Assembly: GCA_019704295.1 (NCBI GenBank)
Contig: AP024596.1
Span: 256,001-320,000 of the forward strand
Length of the DNA: 64,000 nucleotides
Direction of reading: 5' to 3'
DNA from: Sulfolobales archaeon HS-7
GTDB taxonomy: Archaea; Thermoproteota; Thermoprotei_A; Sulfolobales; Sulfolobaceae
The translations under genes and the position numbers were made by a program. The stretch's first letter is position 1. Every line of letters begins with the position of its first letter. The notes under the pieces are model-generated. The model ran no database searches, was not told where the DNA came from, and saw only the letters and a program-made list of their open reading frames with translations. This document shows positions 20,848 to 31,230 of this stretch, one piece after another.

Positions 20848-21237
20848 ATGGAGACGCTAGACTTTGGGAAGGCTAAAGTCAGGTTACCCTCCGGTAAGGA
20901 GGTTGGAGTAATAGATGCCCTCTCATTCTGCTACGGACTTTCCGACACAGATGTAGAATTGCTGAAAATACTCATCAATAAGGGAACTGCCTCAGAAGAT
21001 GAAATTTCCCAGTTGATGAAAATAAGCAAAGCCTCTGTAAACAGGAGTCTCAACAAGTTACTTTCAGTTGGTTTCGTCGATAAGAGCAGGGGAGAGACCC
21101 CTAAACTAGGTAGGCCTAAATACATGTATAAAGCCATGCCTGTAGATGAGCTTGTGGAAAGGATACGGAATGAATTTCACGATTGCGCAAGGATATTCTC
21201 AGAAATGCTTAATAAAATCGTCAGAGAAGATAAGTGA
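20848..21237 (+). CDS. Lrs14-like winged-helix DNA-binding protein
   Basis: VRLPSGKEVGVIDALSFCYGLSDTD...SKASVNRSLNKL...GRPKYMY. Confidence 0.85.
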   Translation: METLDFGKAKVRLPSGKEVGVIDALSFCYGLSDTDVELLKILINKGTASEDEISQLMKISKASVNRSLNKLLSVGFVDKSRGETPKLGRPKYMYKAMPVDELVERIRNEFHDCARIFSEMLNKIVREDK

Positions 21238-21716
21238 GAATGGACGAGCCTCTCTTTATCAACTATCTCGGGAAAAGGATTTTCGTTGTTCCAATAGCAG
21301 GTTCTCGCGAGAAGAGCATCTTTTACTATCCTAAGGGCGATGCGTTTATCTTACTTCAAGGAGGTACACTTTCTGTAAGAGAGGGGGAAATTATTGGAAA
21401 CGGTTCAGCTGTTCTAATAGCGGAGGAGGAAATGTCGCTACAGGAAGTATCAAAGAGGGCTGTGACTTGGAATGTGTTTGGTACGGAGGTGGAAGGGGAC
21501 AATCTGTTCATAGTAAATGAAGGAGTTTCCTACGAGGACATATGGGATAACGTATACCCTAATAGGGCTAAATCCTTTGTGATAAATGATGGAGATCCTA
21601 AGGAATACGGAGAGTGGTGTTGCGTAGTCGTAATAGGCAAAAAGGACAGGGAGGTTCCTGCGTCCTTCAAGAAGGTAAGGATAAACAGGGAGAAAACAGT
21701 GGAGGTATGTGAGTAA
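21234..21716 (+). CDS. hypothetical protein
   Basis: 160-aa ORF overlapping the Lrs14-like stop (operon-like). Confidence 0.7.
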   Translation: MRMDEPLFINYLGKRIFVVPIAGSREKSIFYYPKGDAFILLQGGTLSVREGEIIGNGSAVLIAEEEMSLQEVSKRAVTWNVFGTEVEGDNLFIVNEGVSYEDIWDNVYPNRAKSFVINDGDPKEYGEWCCVVVIGKKDREVPASFKKVRINREKTVEVCE

Positions 21717-22003
21717 GGGATCTACGCCTTTTTAAAAGTTCTAAATGATTGGACTCTCAAAGGGTCATTGACATCGCGCTAAGTTGTTGTAGTGGTTATT
21801 GGAAAAATTATAATGAGATTTAGTGAGCATCATAAGGTAAAAAGCACGGTAATCGACATGGTGATCAGCAGAAGTCATCGCGCAAACTGAGGCGCTAACT
21901 TTATCCGAAATTTCTGAAAGTTGATTCGAGACTCTAACGAATTATTTAGTGTGCGTGATATTCTGAACTAACTCATCCAACAGGTGAGCCCTGCCTGATA
22001 TCA

Positions 22004-22819
22004 CTAAGTCTCATCCCTTAGTAACGTGCTCTCTATGTCCCTTCCTATTTTAGACGACCTCTCATTAGCTGATAGAATCGTCTTTATTATCCCAGCCTTT
22101 ATTCCCTCCTCCTCCATCGTCATTAATCCCCTAATTGTCGTACCTGAAGGGGTTGCTACCAAATCCCTCAACATGATAGGGTGACGTTCGTGAACCCTTA
22201 GGTTCTCCACCGTTCCCTGCACCATGTCGAGGATTGCATCATATGCCTGCTCCCTTTGCATTCCGCAGGCTACCGCCCCCAACGCCATTGCATCCAATAT
22301 CTCCGCAACAAAAGCGGGTCCGCTTCCTATGAGGGCTGTCCAAACGTCTAAAAGTTCCTCTGGAATCCAGTATACCGTTCCAAGGGTTTTAAATATCCTC
22401 TCAACTACCTGTTTTTCTCCGTGTTTACTCTCAGCGATTGCAGTGGTGGATTTCCCTATCTCTGCGTTAACGTTGGGCATCGCCCTGAAGACTATGGAGT
22501 TCGGTAGGAGCTTTGAGAGCGTCTCTGTTCTCACACCTGCTAATACCGATATCACTTTCCTCCCCGACCACCTTTCCCTGTTAACTTGTCTTACAACTTC
22601 GGGAAGGTGCTGAGGTTTTACGCTGAGGATAACTATTTCCGATTTGCTCACTGCATAGTCGTTATCTAGGGTTGTATATACTCCCAATTCCTTCGCTTTC
22701 CTCATCGTTTCCTCCTTACGCGACGTCGCGATGATCTCCTGTTCGGGAAAAGCCCTCTTTAATGACTTTATAATAGCCGTTCCTATTTTGCCACTACCTA
22801 TTACTGCGATTCTCTCCAT
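22004..22819 (-). CDS. proC: pyrroline-5-carboxylate reductase
   Basis: IGSGKIG, SVKPQ, RAMPN, GSGPAF, ATPSGTT. Confidence 0.95.
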   Translation of the reverse strand: MERIAVIGSGKIGTAIIKSLKRAFPEQEIIATSRKEETMRKAKELGVYTTLDNDYAVSKSEIVILSVKPQHLPEVVRQVNRERWSGRKVISVLAGVRTETLSKLLPNSIVFRAMPNVNAEIGKSTTAIAESKHGEKQVVERIFKTLGTVYWIPEELLDVWTALIGSGPAFVAEILDAMALGAVACGMQREQAYDAILDMVQGTVENLRVHERHPIMLRDLVATPSGTTIRGLMTMEEEGIKAGIIKTILSANERSSKIGRDIESTLLRDET

Positions 22820-22922
22820 TTTGTTAAACAGCTCGGAGTTAAATAAATATTATATCCTAATAAGGGGGTTAAGTAATAAATATTTCGGTTCAACTTCAAG
22901 CATAGTGCAAACATTACCGCTT

Positions 22923-23286
22923 GACAATGTCAAACGTGCAATAAATATTATTTACTTTAATAACTAACTTTTCAAACATAAGAATAACTAACCCTATAAC
23001 GCATAATTAGGAAGATGATACATGAGAATTACGAGAGATTAGACTCCTTTGATAACTTCTAGAGCTTAAAATATCCAGCTGTACCCACTCTAAACTCACC
23101 ACGCTAAAAACGTATTTTTAGCTTTGATATTTGGAAAAATACGTGATTGGTTGTAGCTATACTTAGTAAACTGATCTTGTATTGTCTCACCCTTCGTAAT
23201 CAAGAGATTTAATTTTACACAGACGTATTTTATTAACTTTTTTACTTTATCTAGTTATTTGTATTAATTACGCATTGGACACTGTT
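22923..23286 (+). mobile_element. GACA-ended MITE (probably ISH3-family derived)
   Basis: TIRs GACAATGTCAAACGTGCAATAAAT / ATTAATTACGCATTGGACACTGT; right ~90 bp shared with copies at 31231, 40961 and 53286. Confidence 0.7.
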
Positions 23287-24139
23287 ACGTGTACCCGAAT
23301 CCCAAAATACGTGGCGTTTTAGTTCTAGCATTCAGGTTTAGGATAACGCATCTACTTCCCTTCATAACAGGCCTATCTAACTCAATTTTCCCAGCGTTCA
23401 TAATACCCGTAACAGAGATCCCACCGCAAACCACGTGCACGTTTTGTACAGGGGTAGACCACTTAAAGGTGGAGACTTCCCTCACCTCTCTAGTGAGTAA
23501 GTTAGTATCTCTTAATAACAGGTAATCGTCCTTAATTTCGTCCACAGTAACGTTCCTTAATGCTAAACCTACCCTTATGCCCGGAGGTACGGAGTCTACA
23601 TCTTCGTCCAACACCTGAATGCTTTTAACATCAACCTGTTTCATTGAAGGGACGGATATAAACCGATCGTGAGTACGAATTTGGGTCCTTGAAAAACCTA
23701 AACCTACTGTACCTACCCCCCTAACGTTAAATACCCTATCGAGATAGACGTATCCTGCTTCGCCGACCTCTACGTCTACTTCCTTGAAATCTCCGAGGAA
23801 TTTAGATACCGATAGCTCCTTTATTACTTTACTAAAGTCGGGATTATCAGAAATTATTACTCCAGGTGTACCAGACGCTTCGGCCAACAGCGCAAGTTCC
23901 CCGTCAACCCAACTAAATTCCCTCCCTACCACAAGGTAAAAGGAGGAGGAGAGAGTAATCGCCTCTGCTACTTCCATCAACTTTTCGAGTCTAGGAACGA
24001 GGATAGACCTGAGATCTTCTCCTACTCTCTTGTAATATATAGCCATTCCCTCGGACTCCTTTCTCTTCCCCAATTTATCGGCTACCTTCAATGCCTCCTC
24101 AGGTTGCGAAGAGATAACTGCACTTATATAGCCCTTCAT
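23285..24139 (-). CDS. SelB-like / EF-Tu domain II translation-factor-like protein
   Basis: LDRVFNVRGVGTVGLG, VKSIQVLD, GIRVGLALRN; no intact P-loop seen. Confidence 0.8.
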   Translation of the reverse strand: MKGYISAVISSQPEEALKVADKLGKRKESEGMAIYYKRVGEDLRSILVPRLEKLMEVAEAITLSSSFYLVVGREFSWVDGELALLAEASGTPGVIISDNPDFSKVIKELSVSKFLGDFKEVDVEVGEAGYVYLDRVFNVRGVGTVGLGFSRTQIRTHDRFISVPSMKQVDVKSIQVLDEDVDSVPPGIRVGLALRNVTVDEIKDDYLLLRDTNLLTREVREVSTFKWSTPVQNVHVVCGGISVTGIMNAGKIELDRPVMKGSRCVILNLNARTKTPRILGFGYT

Positions 24140-24861
24140 ATCGGGATAAAAGTACGAAGCGGATTTAACTTTTGCTCTTATTTAAGGAGGTCTGATCTGC
24201 ATTCTATGGGACTCAGAGTTCTTTTTGTGGATTGTAGTTAACGAATGTTGGAAAGTAAATTGCAAGGAGTAAAAAACCCCACTTTATCAGACACAGTAGT
24301 AACCTATAAAATTTATCATTTCCTTTAAATAAACTGAATTAGCTAAGTATAGATGTATGACCCATATACGCAATTCATCATATTTAAGTTAATTCAATAA
24401 TTTGACTTCAAAACGTAGTTTGAATTAATACGCAATTTAGTAGCTTTACGGTCCCTAGAAAAAGGTATTGAACAGTATCGAGGGAACTCCCTGTCCAGGT
24501 GTTGTCACAAGCCTAGTACACTGAAGCTATTTATATTGATGACACTTCACAGTTTTCTACCCCTTCCGATCAGCCTTTTTGAATCCATAGGTCTTGCGAT
24601 GAGTACTCCCCCGTTGAGGGGAAACGATCTCCTCATGGGTCCTCCGTGATAGCTGTAAGAGACCGAGTTGCAACTTAAAGAAATATTCTACCTAATTCAT
24701 CGAAGTTCTCCCTATAGAACAAAAGCTTGGGAGCTACATTTGAGTTAGATAAAAGTTCGTTGTTAAGGCCGTTAAGAAACTTCCGCATCCGTATCCTAGA
24801 TCCAACTAGCATTAGGGGGGAACTAACATCACAATGCGAGAGGTTTATCTCCAACACCTTG

Positions 24862-25236
24862 CTACGTGCCCGATTTAGACCTATCTATGATTTGAATCAG
24901 CTCATCCTTTGTAATTAGTCCCTTATAGTACATGCTTATTGCATCCGCAATCTCCCGAGGTAAGTATAGGTCACGCGAGTAATACCCTTTCATCCCTCGC
25001 TTAGAGGCGAAATATATTGGAACGAAGAATCCCCAACCTAAGACTAGGATTCCCCCGACTATGTAACCGTAAATGTCTGAAAGCGTCGTAACGCCAGTAA
25101 ATATTAGTTTCCCTTCAACAGCAGAGAAGTAGAGGTCGAGTACCAACATTACTGCCAATATAGCGATCACTATAATAACGAGTAGAAGAATTCCTCTAAT
25201 TAATGGATCCTTAGTGATCTCTGACATTATAAACAA
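24862..25236 (-). CDS. small membrane protein
   Basis: Two TM helices; C-terminal YKGLITKDEL (SHOCT-like). Confidence 0.6.
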   Translation of the reverse strand: MFIMSEITKDPLIRGILLLVIIVIAILAVMLVLDLYFSAVEGKLIFTGVTTLSDIYGYIVGGILVLGWGFFVPIYFASKRGMKGYYSRDLYLPREIADAISMYYKGLITKDELIQIIDRSKSGT

Positions 25237-25931
25237 TTTCTTACTATGTCCCGAGGATATATAAGGCTTATAGGAAGTTCTAGATCCTGAACCGCGTTAA
25301 AATTTGAGTTGTTAGTGATTCTACGAATTTGACTAAGGTGAGTAATTCTTTGAGGGATTTGATACCTAGGAACTGCAGTTTATGATGACGTGTTTACCCG
25401 TGGGTTAACTTATCCTTACTTTCATTCGTCAAGGGCTCTCCTCTTAAGGGAACAGACAGTCACGCTTAACTCATTAGAGCTAATCGAGGGAAACACCACC
25501 CCCTCCCATCCGTACTTATTACCTTCAAGACCTCGCGAGCAGAGCCCATCGTCAATAGGGATTTCGCCATTATATGCTATTGAGGTAATACCACGTAAAC
25601 ACCTTAATGAAGGTCGTGCTGAGAAATGATGCAGAAGTTGAAAGTTGCGCGGACGTGTCACAGTGTTTAAAAATAAGCAAGCCCAGGACAGCAATAATTA
25701 AGGGGAGTAAGTCCTTCACAACTTTGAGTTTAGTAGCTGTATATCGTCGTCAGTTACAAACTGAAGAGGGGTCATATAAACGCTCAAGCTGTTGTCTATA
25801 CGGTACGCCTCAATCAGCAGTACTTAATGGGCAGCTTGAAGTCACTTTAACGGATATCCCCTGTGGAACCCTTATAAAAGGCTCCGTCAAACTCAGAAAG
25901 GGTTTAAGTTTATGACGGGAACGATCTCCCA

Positions 25932-26987
25932 ATGCAAATAAGCATGATAACTCCCCTTTTCCTCCCCGTGAGGGGAGGTACTGAGGTCCACGTTTACAAT
26001 CTATCGAAGCAACTAGTTAAAAATGGGGACGTGGTCTCTGTTCATACTACGAGGAACATCTACACTGAGAGGTGGGTCCTTCCGAGACAAGAGGTAATAG
26101 ACGGCATTTATGTAGTTAGGCATACTTTCTACTGGAATTCTGATGACGAAATACTCCATTTGCACAACCTCGGGAGGATGTTCAGTGCGTGGAATCTAAA
26201 AACCATCATCTACCTCCTTTCCCATAAGGAGAGAGTAATCTTTACCCCCCACCATATACTAACTATTGATAGAGGCAAGTTGGCTACTAAACTACTGAGA
26301 GGAGGTATGAGGGGAGTCTTCAAGATCATAGCTGTTAGCGAATGGGAAAAAAAGGAAATGATCAGAAGAGGTTTCCCTGAAGGCAAAATCACGGTTATAC
26401 CTAACGGTGTAGAGGATGAGGCTTATGAGCTACCCCCGCAGAGGATGAATAGCCAAAGACCTTACCTCCTTTTCCTAGGGAGAATTTACAGTGCTAAAAA
26501 TCAGGTAATGGCTGTGAGATCCCTGACGTATGCGAGGGACGTAGACCTGGTCATAGCGGGTCAAGTACATGAGATGTCGTACTTAGAGGAGATAAGGAGA
26601 ACGGCAAAGGAGATCGGGGTGGAGGACAGGGTGAAAATCATGGAGAACGTCGACCAGGTTACTAAGTACAAGTTGATCGATTCCTCCCTTGCCGTGGTTC
26701 TGACATCGGAAATCGAGGCGGAGGGATTGGCGATAAAGGAGGCGATGGTGAGGGGAAAACCGGTAATTGTGAGTAATAAAGCGGCGTTACCATATCTAGT
26801 AAGCAGAGAGAATGGTTTCGTCATAACTGACGAAAGCGAGTTAGCTGAGGCAGTAAGCAAATTATTGCATGACGACAATTTAGTAGCGGAAATTTCCGTA
26901 AATAATAGAAAACGGGGAGAAGAGTGGAAATGGTCAGCTGTCGCGTCCAGGGTTAGGGAGGTTTACTTAGAGTTTCTTAACAAGTAG
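25932..26987 (+). CDS. glycosyltransferase family 4
   Basis: PVRGGTE, IPNGV, LFLGRI, EAEGLAIKEAM. Confidence 0.92.
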   Translation: MQISMITPLFLPVRGGTEVHVYNLSKQLVKNGDVVSVHTTRNIYTERWVLPRQEVIDGIYVVRHTFYWNSDDEILHLHNLGRMFSAWNLKTIIYLLSHKERVIFTPHHILTIDRGKLATKLLRGGMRGVFKIIAVSEWEKKEMIRRGFPEGKITVIPNGVEDEAYELPPQRMNSQRPYLLFLGRIYSAKNQVMAVRSLTYARDVDLVIAGQVHEMSYLEEIRRTAKEIGVEDRVKIMENVDQVTKYKLIDSSLAVVLTSEIEAEGLAIKEAMVRGKPVIVSNKAALPYLVSRENGFVITDESELAEAVSKLLHDDNLVAEISVNNRKRGEEWKWSAVASRVREVYLEFLNK

Positions 26988-27409
26988 AGAGTTTATGAAG
27001 GTTACGAATTAGGCTTTTGACTTAGTGTAACCCGACTTCTTTCGATAAAGGGTATAGAGATGAGGCTCCTGATGATCATCCTCAAATACAAACAGGATCC
27101 TGGGTCAAGGGGATTTTCCCATTTTCCACAAAGTAGTTGAAGGGGTCATAAGGTACGACGTTATTAACGCCGATCATGGTAAATTCGCAAGTCCTTACTC
27201 CGTAGGTGCAGGTTTAATACGTCCTTAAGACGAAATCCACAATTTGATTAAACCTTTATTTCGTTTTCTTCTACGTAATACTACAGTATTCCTAGAACTG
27301 AGTAACCAACGTTATAGTTACCAATTTCCAATTCCTCATAAGTGATGCGAATCTACAACGCGTCCCTAAATGGGTATTTGTATTATCCCTTTTTCTCAGA
27401 ACAAAAGGA

Positions 27410-28141
27410 TCATTGCTGTGGAGCGAGAAGGTACTTTACCTTTCCTCCCTCAGCCTCGAAATCCAACATGAGTGGTTTCTGAGAGGAGAAATTAACGTCA
27501 ACGTATTCCGAAATTCTCGACATGTTCAAAACGTCGTTGAGGTAATCAGCACTGTATTTCGATACCACCTCTTTACTGACCTCATACAGTTTAACTGCCT
27601 CTGCCTCTTTAGGAATTTCAACTACTACCTCGCTTTCCCCAGTACCCATTAACTTGAATTCGCTCTCGTCCGCATAAAAGGTGACTCCCGGAGAGATTGA
27701 GGAGACCCTTTCAACGCCTTTCTTAAGTTCCTCCGAATTAAGTGAAATTTTTGCGTCGAATTCGAGTCTTATCTCAGGGATGTCTGGAACAGTGACTTCA
27801 AGGTTTTTTATGACGTATTTCCTGTTAATCATCCCTATGACGTCGATCCTCACGTCTCCGAATTCTGCTGACGCAATTGCTACCTTATCTCCTTTAGATA
27901 TGCCTCGAAGTAATCTGTTTACGTAGTGTGTGTTAAATCCGAAGGTGAAGGGTTCCTCAACCTCATAAGTTGTAAATACCTCTCGTGGTATCTCCACAGT
28001 CAAAAGGGCTATATGAGCAGGATCCATGGCCTTTATCAGAATGCCCTTCTCATTAATACCAATTGCAGCCTCGTCTACCAACCGCGAAAGGGAATCTAAA
28101 ATAGATTTAAGGACAAGTCCGTTGTCGAATATTACTTTCAT
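27410..28141 (-). CDS. pcn: DNA sliding clamp, PCNA3-type subunit
   Basis: LSRLVDEA, AMDPAHIAL, FGFNTHY, YSADYL, YLLAP. Start trimmed to the ATG at 28141. Confidence 0.93.
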   Translation of the reverse strand: MKVIFDNGLVLKSILDSLSRLVDEAAIGINEKGILIKAMDPAHIALLTVEIPREVFTTYEVEEPFTFGFNTHYVNRLLRGISKGDKVAIASAEFGDVRIDVIGMINRKYVIKNLEVTVPDIPEIRLEFDAKISLNSEELKKGVERVSSISPGVTFYADESEFKLMGTGESEVVVEIPKEAEAVKLYEVSKEVVSKYSADYLNDVLNMSRISEYVDVNFSSQKPLMLDFEAEGGKVKYLLAPQQ

Positions 28142-28190
28142 CACAACTTCTTTCAGGAAGGGGGAATTAAAACTTGTTATTACAATAGAA

Positions 28191-28345
28191 CGGCGGTTCA
28201 CGTCTCCTTAAGAATTTAACTTATTCAGGAACAAGGGTAATTCAATACCTTGTCGTGAATGAGTAAAATTTCGCTCTTAATAGTCTCCTTTATTTAATCT
28301 ATCTTAGCTAAAATTACAATTCTCAATTGACCCCCCAACCGCTCA
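28191..28345 (+). mobile_element. degenerate 163-bp IS256-type MITE
   Basis: GGCGGTTCACG start; CCTTTATTTAATC...AATTACAATTCTCAAT match to the other copies. Confidence 0.6.
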
Positions 28346-28507
28346 TCAGACTTCACACTGATACATAGAACGTAAGCGAACTAATTCTAAAGATGTACTC
28401 TAAGTTAACCTAGCCGTTGAGGGTCCAAACAGAGTGCTGATAACCATTACCCCTCTACGTGAATTCCATTAAACCTTTGTAGTTACCGTTACTGTTCCTC
28501 TATAGAA

Positions 28508-29275
28508 TCAGCTCTTTTCCTCTTTTGAGGGAATTTTCTTATTCTTTAGCCTATTCAAAAGTTCGCTTACCTTATCCACGTCATTCGTATAAAGCCTCAA
28601 CTTGTAAGGTATTCCCTTTTTCGCATCGGGCTTTATTTCCACGAACTTCTTTTCCCTATTTACGTTTATCTCAGCGTCCTGCAAGTGAATTATGTGTAGC
28701 GTTGTACCGCTCCTGTCTGTTGCGACAACACCACTGTCAGTTATTTTGTAGCTCCTCGGCGCCATTGCCATAGAGCTTCCCACAGCGCTTGTCATACCAG
28801 TAGTCCTGTAGAGGAGGAATGATATGCCGTAGAAGACCTCGTAAAATACCAGGAAAATTACGAACCTGTACAGGGGAGTTCCCTGCCCGTTTATAACCTT
28901 GGAGAGGACCTCTGAGTAGAGTATGTATATGGCTATGATGAATATGAAGTAAATGAATAAATTCTTCATCATTTTACCCGCCTGCCTCATCGTCTCCTCC
29001 AGAAATTCCTTATCAGAATTTATCAGATTTTCCACGCTCTTTTCCTCATAGAGTGTACGAGCCTTAACTGCTTCACTCATGTACTTTCTGTCCCTCAGCA
29101 TTGGGTTATTCCTGTAGAACATGACGGAGGTTATCCCGATGATCACGATGAAGTAGAGTATGTAAAATTCAAAGAAATACTTAGGTTCAAAACTGTTGAC
29201 CAGTGAGAAGGCAATTAGTAACCCTTGGGAAAGCGCGATGTACTTTGGGTTATAAGGACTCATAGTCATCGACAT
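28508..29275 (-). CDS. DUF2208-like membrane protein
   Basis: Four TM segments, C-terminal KFVEI...LRLYT domain; adjacent to PCNA3 as I recall from other Sulfolobales. Confidence 0.75.
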   Translation of the reverse strand: MSMTMSPYNPKYIALSQGLLIAFSLVNSFEPKYFFEFYILYFIVIIGITSVMFYRNNPMLRDRKYMSEAVKARTLYEEKSVENLINSDKEFLEETMRQAGKMMKNLFIYFIFIIAIYILYSEVLSKVINGQGTPLYRFVIFLVFYEVFYGISFLLYRTTGMTSAVGSSMAMAPRSYKITDSGVVATDRSGTTLHIIHLQDAEINVNREKKFVEIKPDAKKGIPYKLRLYTNDVDKVSELLNRLKNKKIPSKEEKS

Positions 29276-29465
29276 CTATAACACACATCATATAGTACGA
29301 ATCCGATATTTTAAATCTGTATGCATTTAACTTAACTCTCCTGGATTATCATCTAAGGAAGTTGAAAAGTTAAGGAGAGTATCAATCTATTATGAACTAA
29401 GGGTTATCAGGTCTCAACAGTGAGTTGTAATTAAGCCTAACAGAATAGATTTAATGGAGGAGACT

Positions 29466-29624
29466 GAGCGATTCCGGGTTTCTTTGCGAATTAAATTATG
29501 AGAAATACGATAAAATCCGGTAAATTGCTAGTTTGAATCCCCATTAGTCGTTGAGGTTATATTGAATTAAATTTATTATAGTTACTAAAATAAAATGAAT
29601 TCTCAAAGGAGAGGTAAACTACCC
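29466..29624 (-). mobile_element. IS256-type MITE
   Basis: Diverged reverse complement of 52180-52342. Confidence 0.75.
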
Positions 29625-29627
29625 TGC

Positions 29628-30068
29628 TCAATAGTCCGTGCCCTTAATTTTGCTTTCGAGATTAAATGGGGAGTTTATTATGCTATCACACTTCTTTCTT
29701 AAAGTCGACCTGTCAGAAAGAGGAAAAGGATAAAAAGTTACAATCACCGGGTAATCTACATTTTCTGCAATGACATTAAGTACAAATTTTTCGTCCAACT
29801 TAAAACAGTAAGAATATCTTACTTTCTTATTGTCGCACGAAGTTTCACATTTATTCGAAATGTAACTGTCTGTATTTTCATCATAACATTGTAAGCAGGA
29901 ATGTTTCACTTTCTTATTGCATATATAATTTAGATAATCACATATTTGCTCTGTGTATTTGTATAAATCCTGAAATCTTTGCTCCAAAAATTCTCTCTTT
30001 TTTTCGCTCTTAACTAATACACAATCTATTCTACATTCGTCAATTGAATCCATGTTAAGTTCACACAA
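29628..30068 (-). CDS. Cys-rich hypothetical protein with RelE/DUF4258-like C-terminal motif (start uncertain)
   Basis: YSYCFKLDEKFVLNVIAENVDYPVIVTFYP; several Cys pairs. Confidence 0.55.
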   Translation of the reverse strand: MCELNMDSIDECRIDCVLVKSEKKREFLEQRFQDLYKYTEQICDYLNYICNKKVKHSCLQCYDENTDSYISNKCETSCDNKKVRYSYCFKLDEKFVLNVIAENVDYPVIVTFYPFPLSDRSTLRKKCDSIINSPFNLESKIKGTDY

Positions 30069-30439
30069 GGATTGCCAAAATTATCCCTTAAGTCGGGATA
30101 AACATTCACGTTCATTAGCTTAGCCTTGATCACTACTTTTTTCTCATTTACCCTGATCTCAGTTACGCCTTCATTTACTATCCTCAATTCCGGTACAACT
30201 GGGGTATGAGTACGCATCTTTAGCGGATTACATAATTCACCCATTTTAGGTTTACTGCTAAAAATTGAGAGTGAGGAACTGCTCACCACTGAAACCGATC
30301 TATCGTCCTCAGTAGCTACTGCGTAAGGAATTAGATACATCATTACGGTGACATTTTCATCCTTTATGCTAAATTTTAATGTCAAAGGCTTTAAGCTCAC
30401 GAGCTCATACTCTTGGAGTTGGACTTTTTCACTCGTCAT
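30026..30439 (-). CDS. hypothetical protein
   Basis: 137-aa ORF overlapping both neighbours. Confidence 0.7.
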   Translation of the reverse strand: MTSEKVQLQEYELVSLKPLTLKFSIKDENVTVMMYLIPYAVATEDDRSVSVVSSSSLSIFSSKPKMGELCNPLKMRTHTPVVPELRIVNEGVTEIRVNEKKVVIKAKLMNVNVYPDLRDNFGNPCVNLTWIQLTNVE

Positions 30440-30647
30440 ACTCTACCTCTAAGGTCGTAATATTCCCCTGATAATTTCTGTATACGATAATCCTACCCTC
30501 GTGATACTCGACGTTACTCCATCCCTCACTAAACTTAATTACAATTCCTGCTTCATTATCTAAAACTACAGGGTATACTGGTTCCATAATCGTATTGGAA
30601 ACTTGATTATTGAAGTTAACAGCGTTGTAAGCAGTTTGAATGTACAC
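30429..30647 (-). CDS. small acidic protein, DUF2283-like
   Basis: LDNEAGIVIKF...IIVYRNYQGNITTLEV resembles the DUF2283 pattern. Confidence 0.5.
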   Translation of the reverse strand: MYIQTAYNAVNFNNQVSNTIMEPVYPVVLDNEAGIVIKFSEGWSNVEYHEGRIIVYRNYQGNITTLEVEYDE

Positions 30648-30699
30648 GTACTGTATATACGAGAAGCTAATTAAAATATTTTAGGGATAAGATCAGCAG

Positions 30700-31230
30700 T
30701 TTACTCACCCTTGTGTTCACTTTTCAATTAGTTTGAAACTAATCAATTGATTATGGATTTGCTAATATAGATAGAAAGCAGGAAATAATCCTAGGAAGGA
30801 TTAAACACAACGACCTTTACTGAATGTAGTATTACGCTCCCGGCTCTACCTTTGGAGGAACGTTTTAACGAATTTGTCGTATAAGGAGAAAGGTCCTTAA
30901 GGAGGTCCGAGTTAGGGAACGAGATTAAGAGGAAAGGGTACTTGAGATACAGTTCCCGGGGAAAACACGTAGCGTTAGGGATGACAACGCCGATCCCCTA
31001 CATGGTCTGAAGAGGTTAAAGTCGCCCAAAGGTAAGGACGTCAAGTACTGCGACATTTATGTAGGTATGGTTCCGGATTCACTGTTCCCATAGCTGTGTT
31101 ATGGGTGAAACAGGTAGGGTCTTAGGTAATTTGAGATCGTGATGAAGGGCGGGAGGATGATCTTCAGGCCTTTCTACATGGCCGTGAGGTCACCTGCCTC
31201 GTTTAAGAGGGTAAGAGATCCGAGGCGCGC
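30700..31230 (+). mobile_element. 5' part of a third, strongly decayed IS256-type element
   Basis: Aligns by eye with the reverse complement of ~48300-48713 (e.g. GATGAAGGGCGGGAGGATGATCT vs GACGAAGGGCAGGAGAAAGATCT). Confidence 0.6.
30952..31122 (+). mobile_element. 176-bp CT-core element, copy D (small deletions)
   Basis: GGGGAAAACACGTAG...CTGTTCCCATAGCTGTGTTATGGGTGAAACAGGTAGGGT-CT. Confidence 0.8.

Noticed and set aside
25390-25915. Three overlapping short ORFs
   Set aside because: No recognisable motifs and mutually overlapping; cannot choose a real gene.
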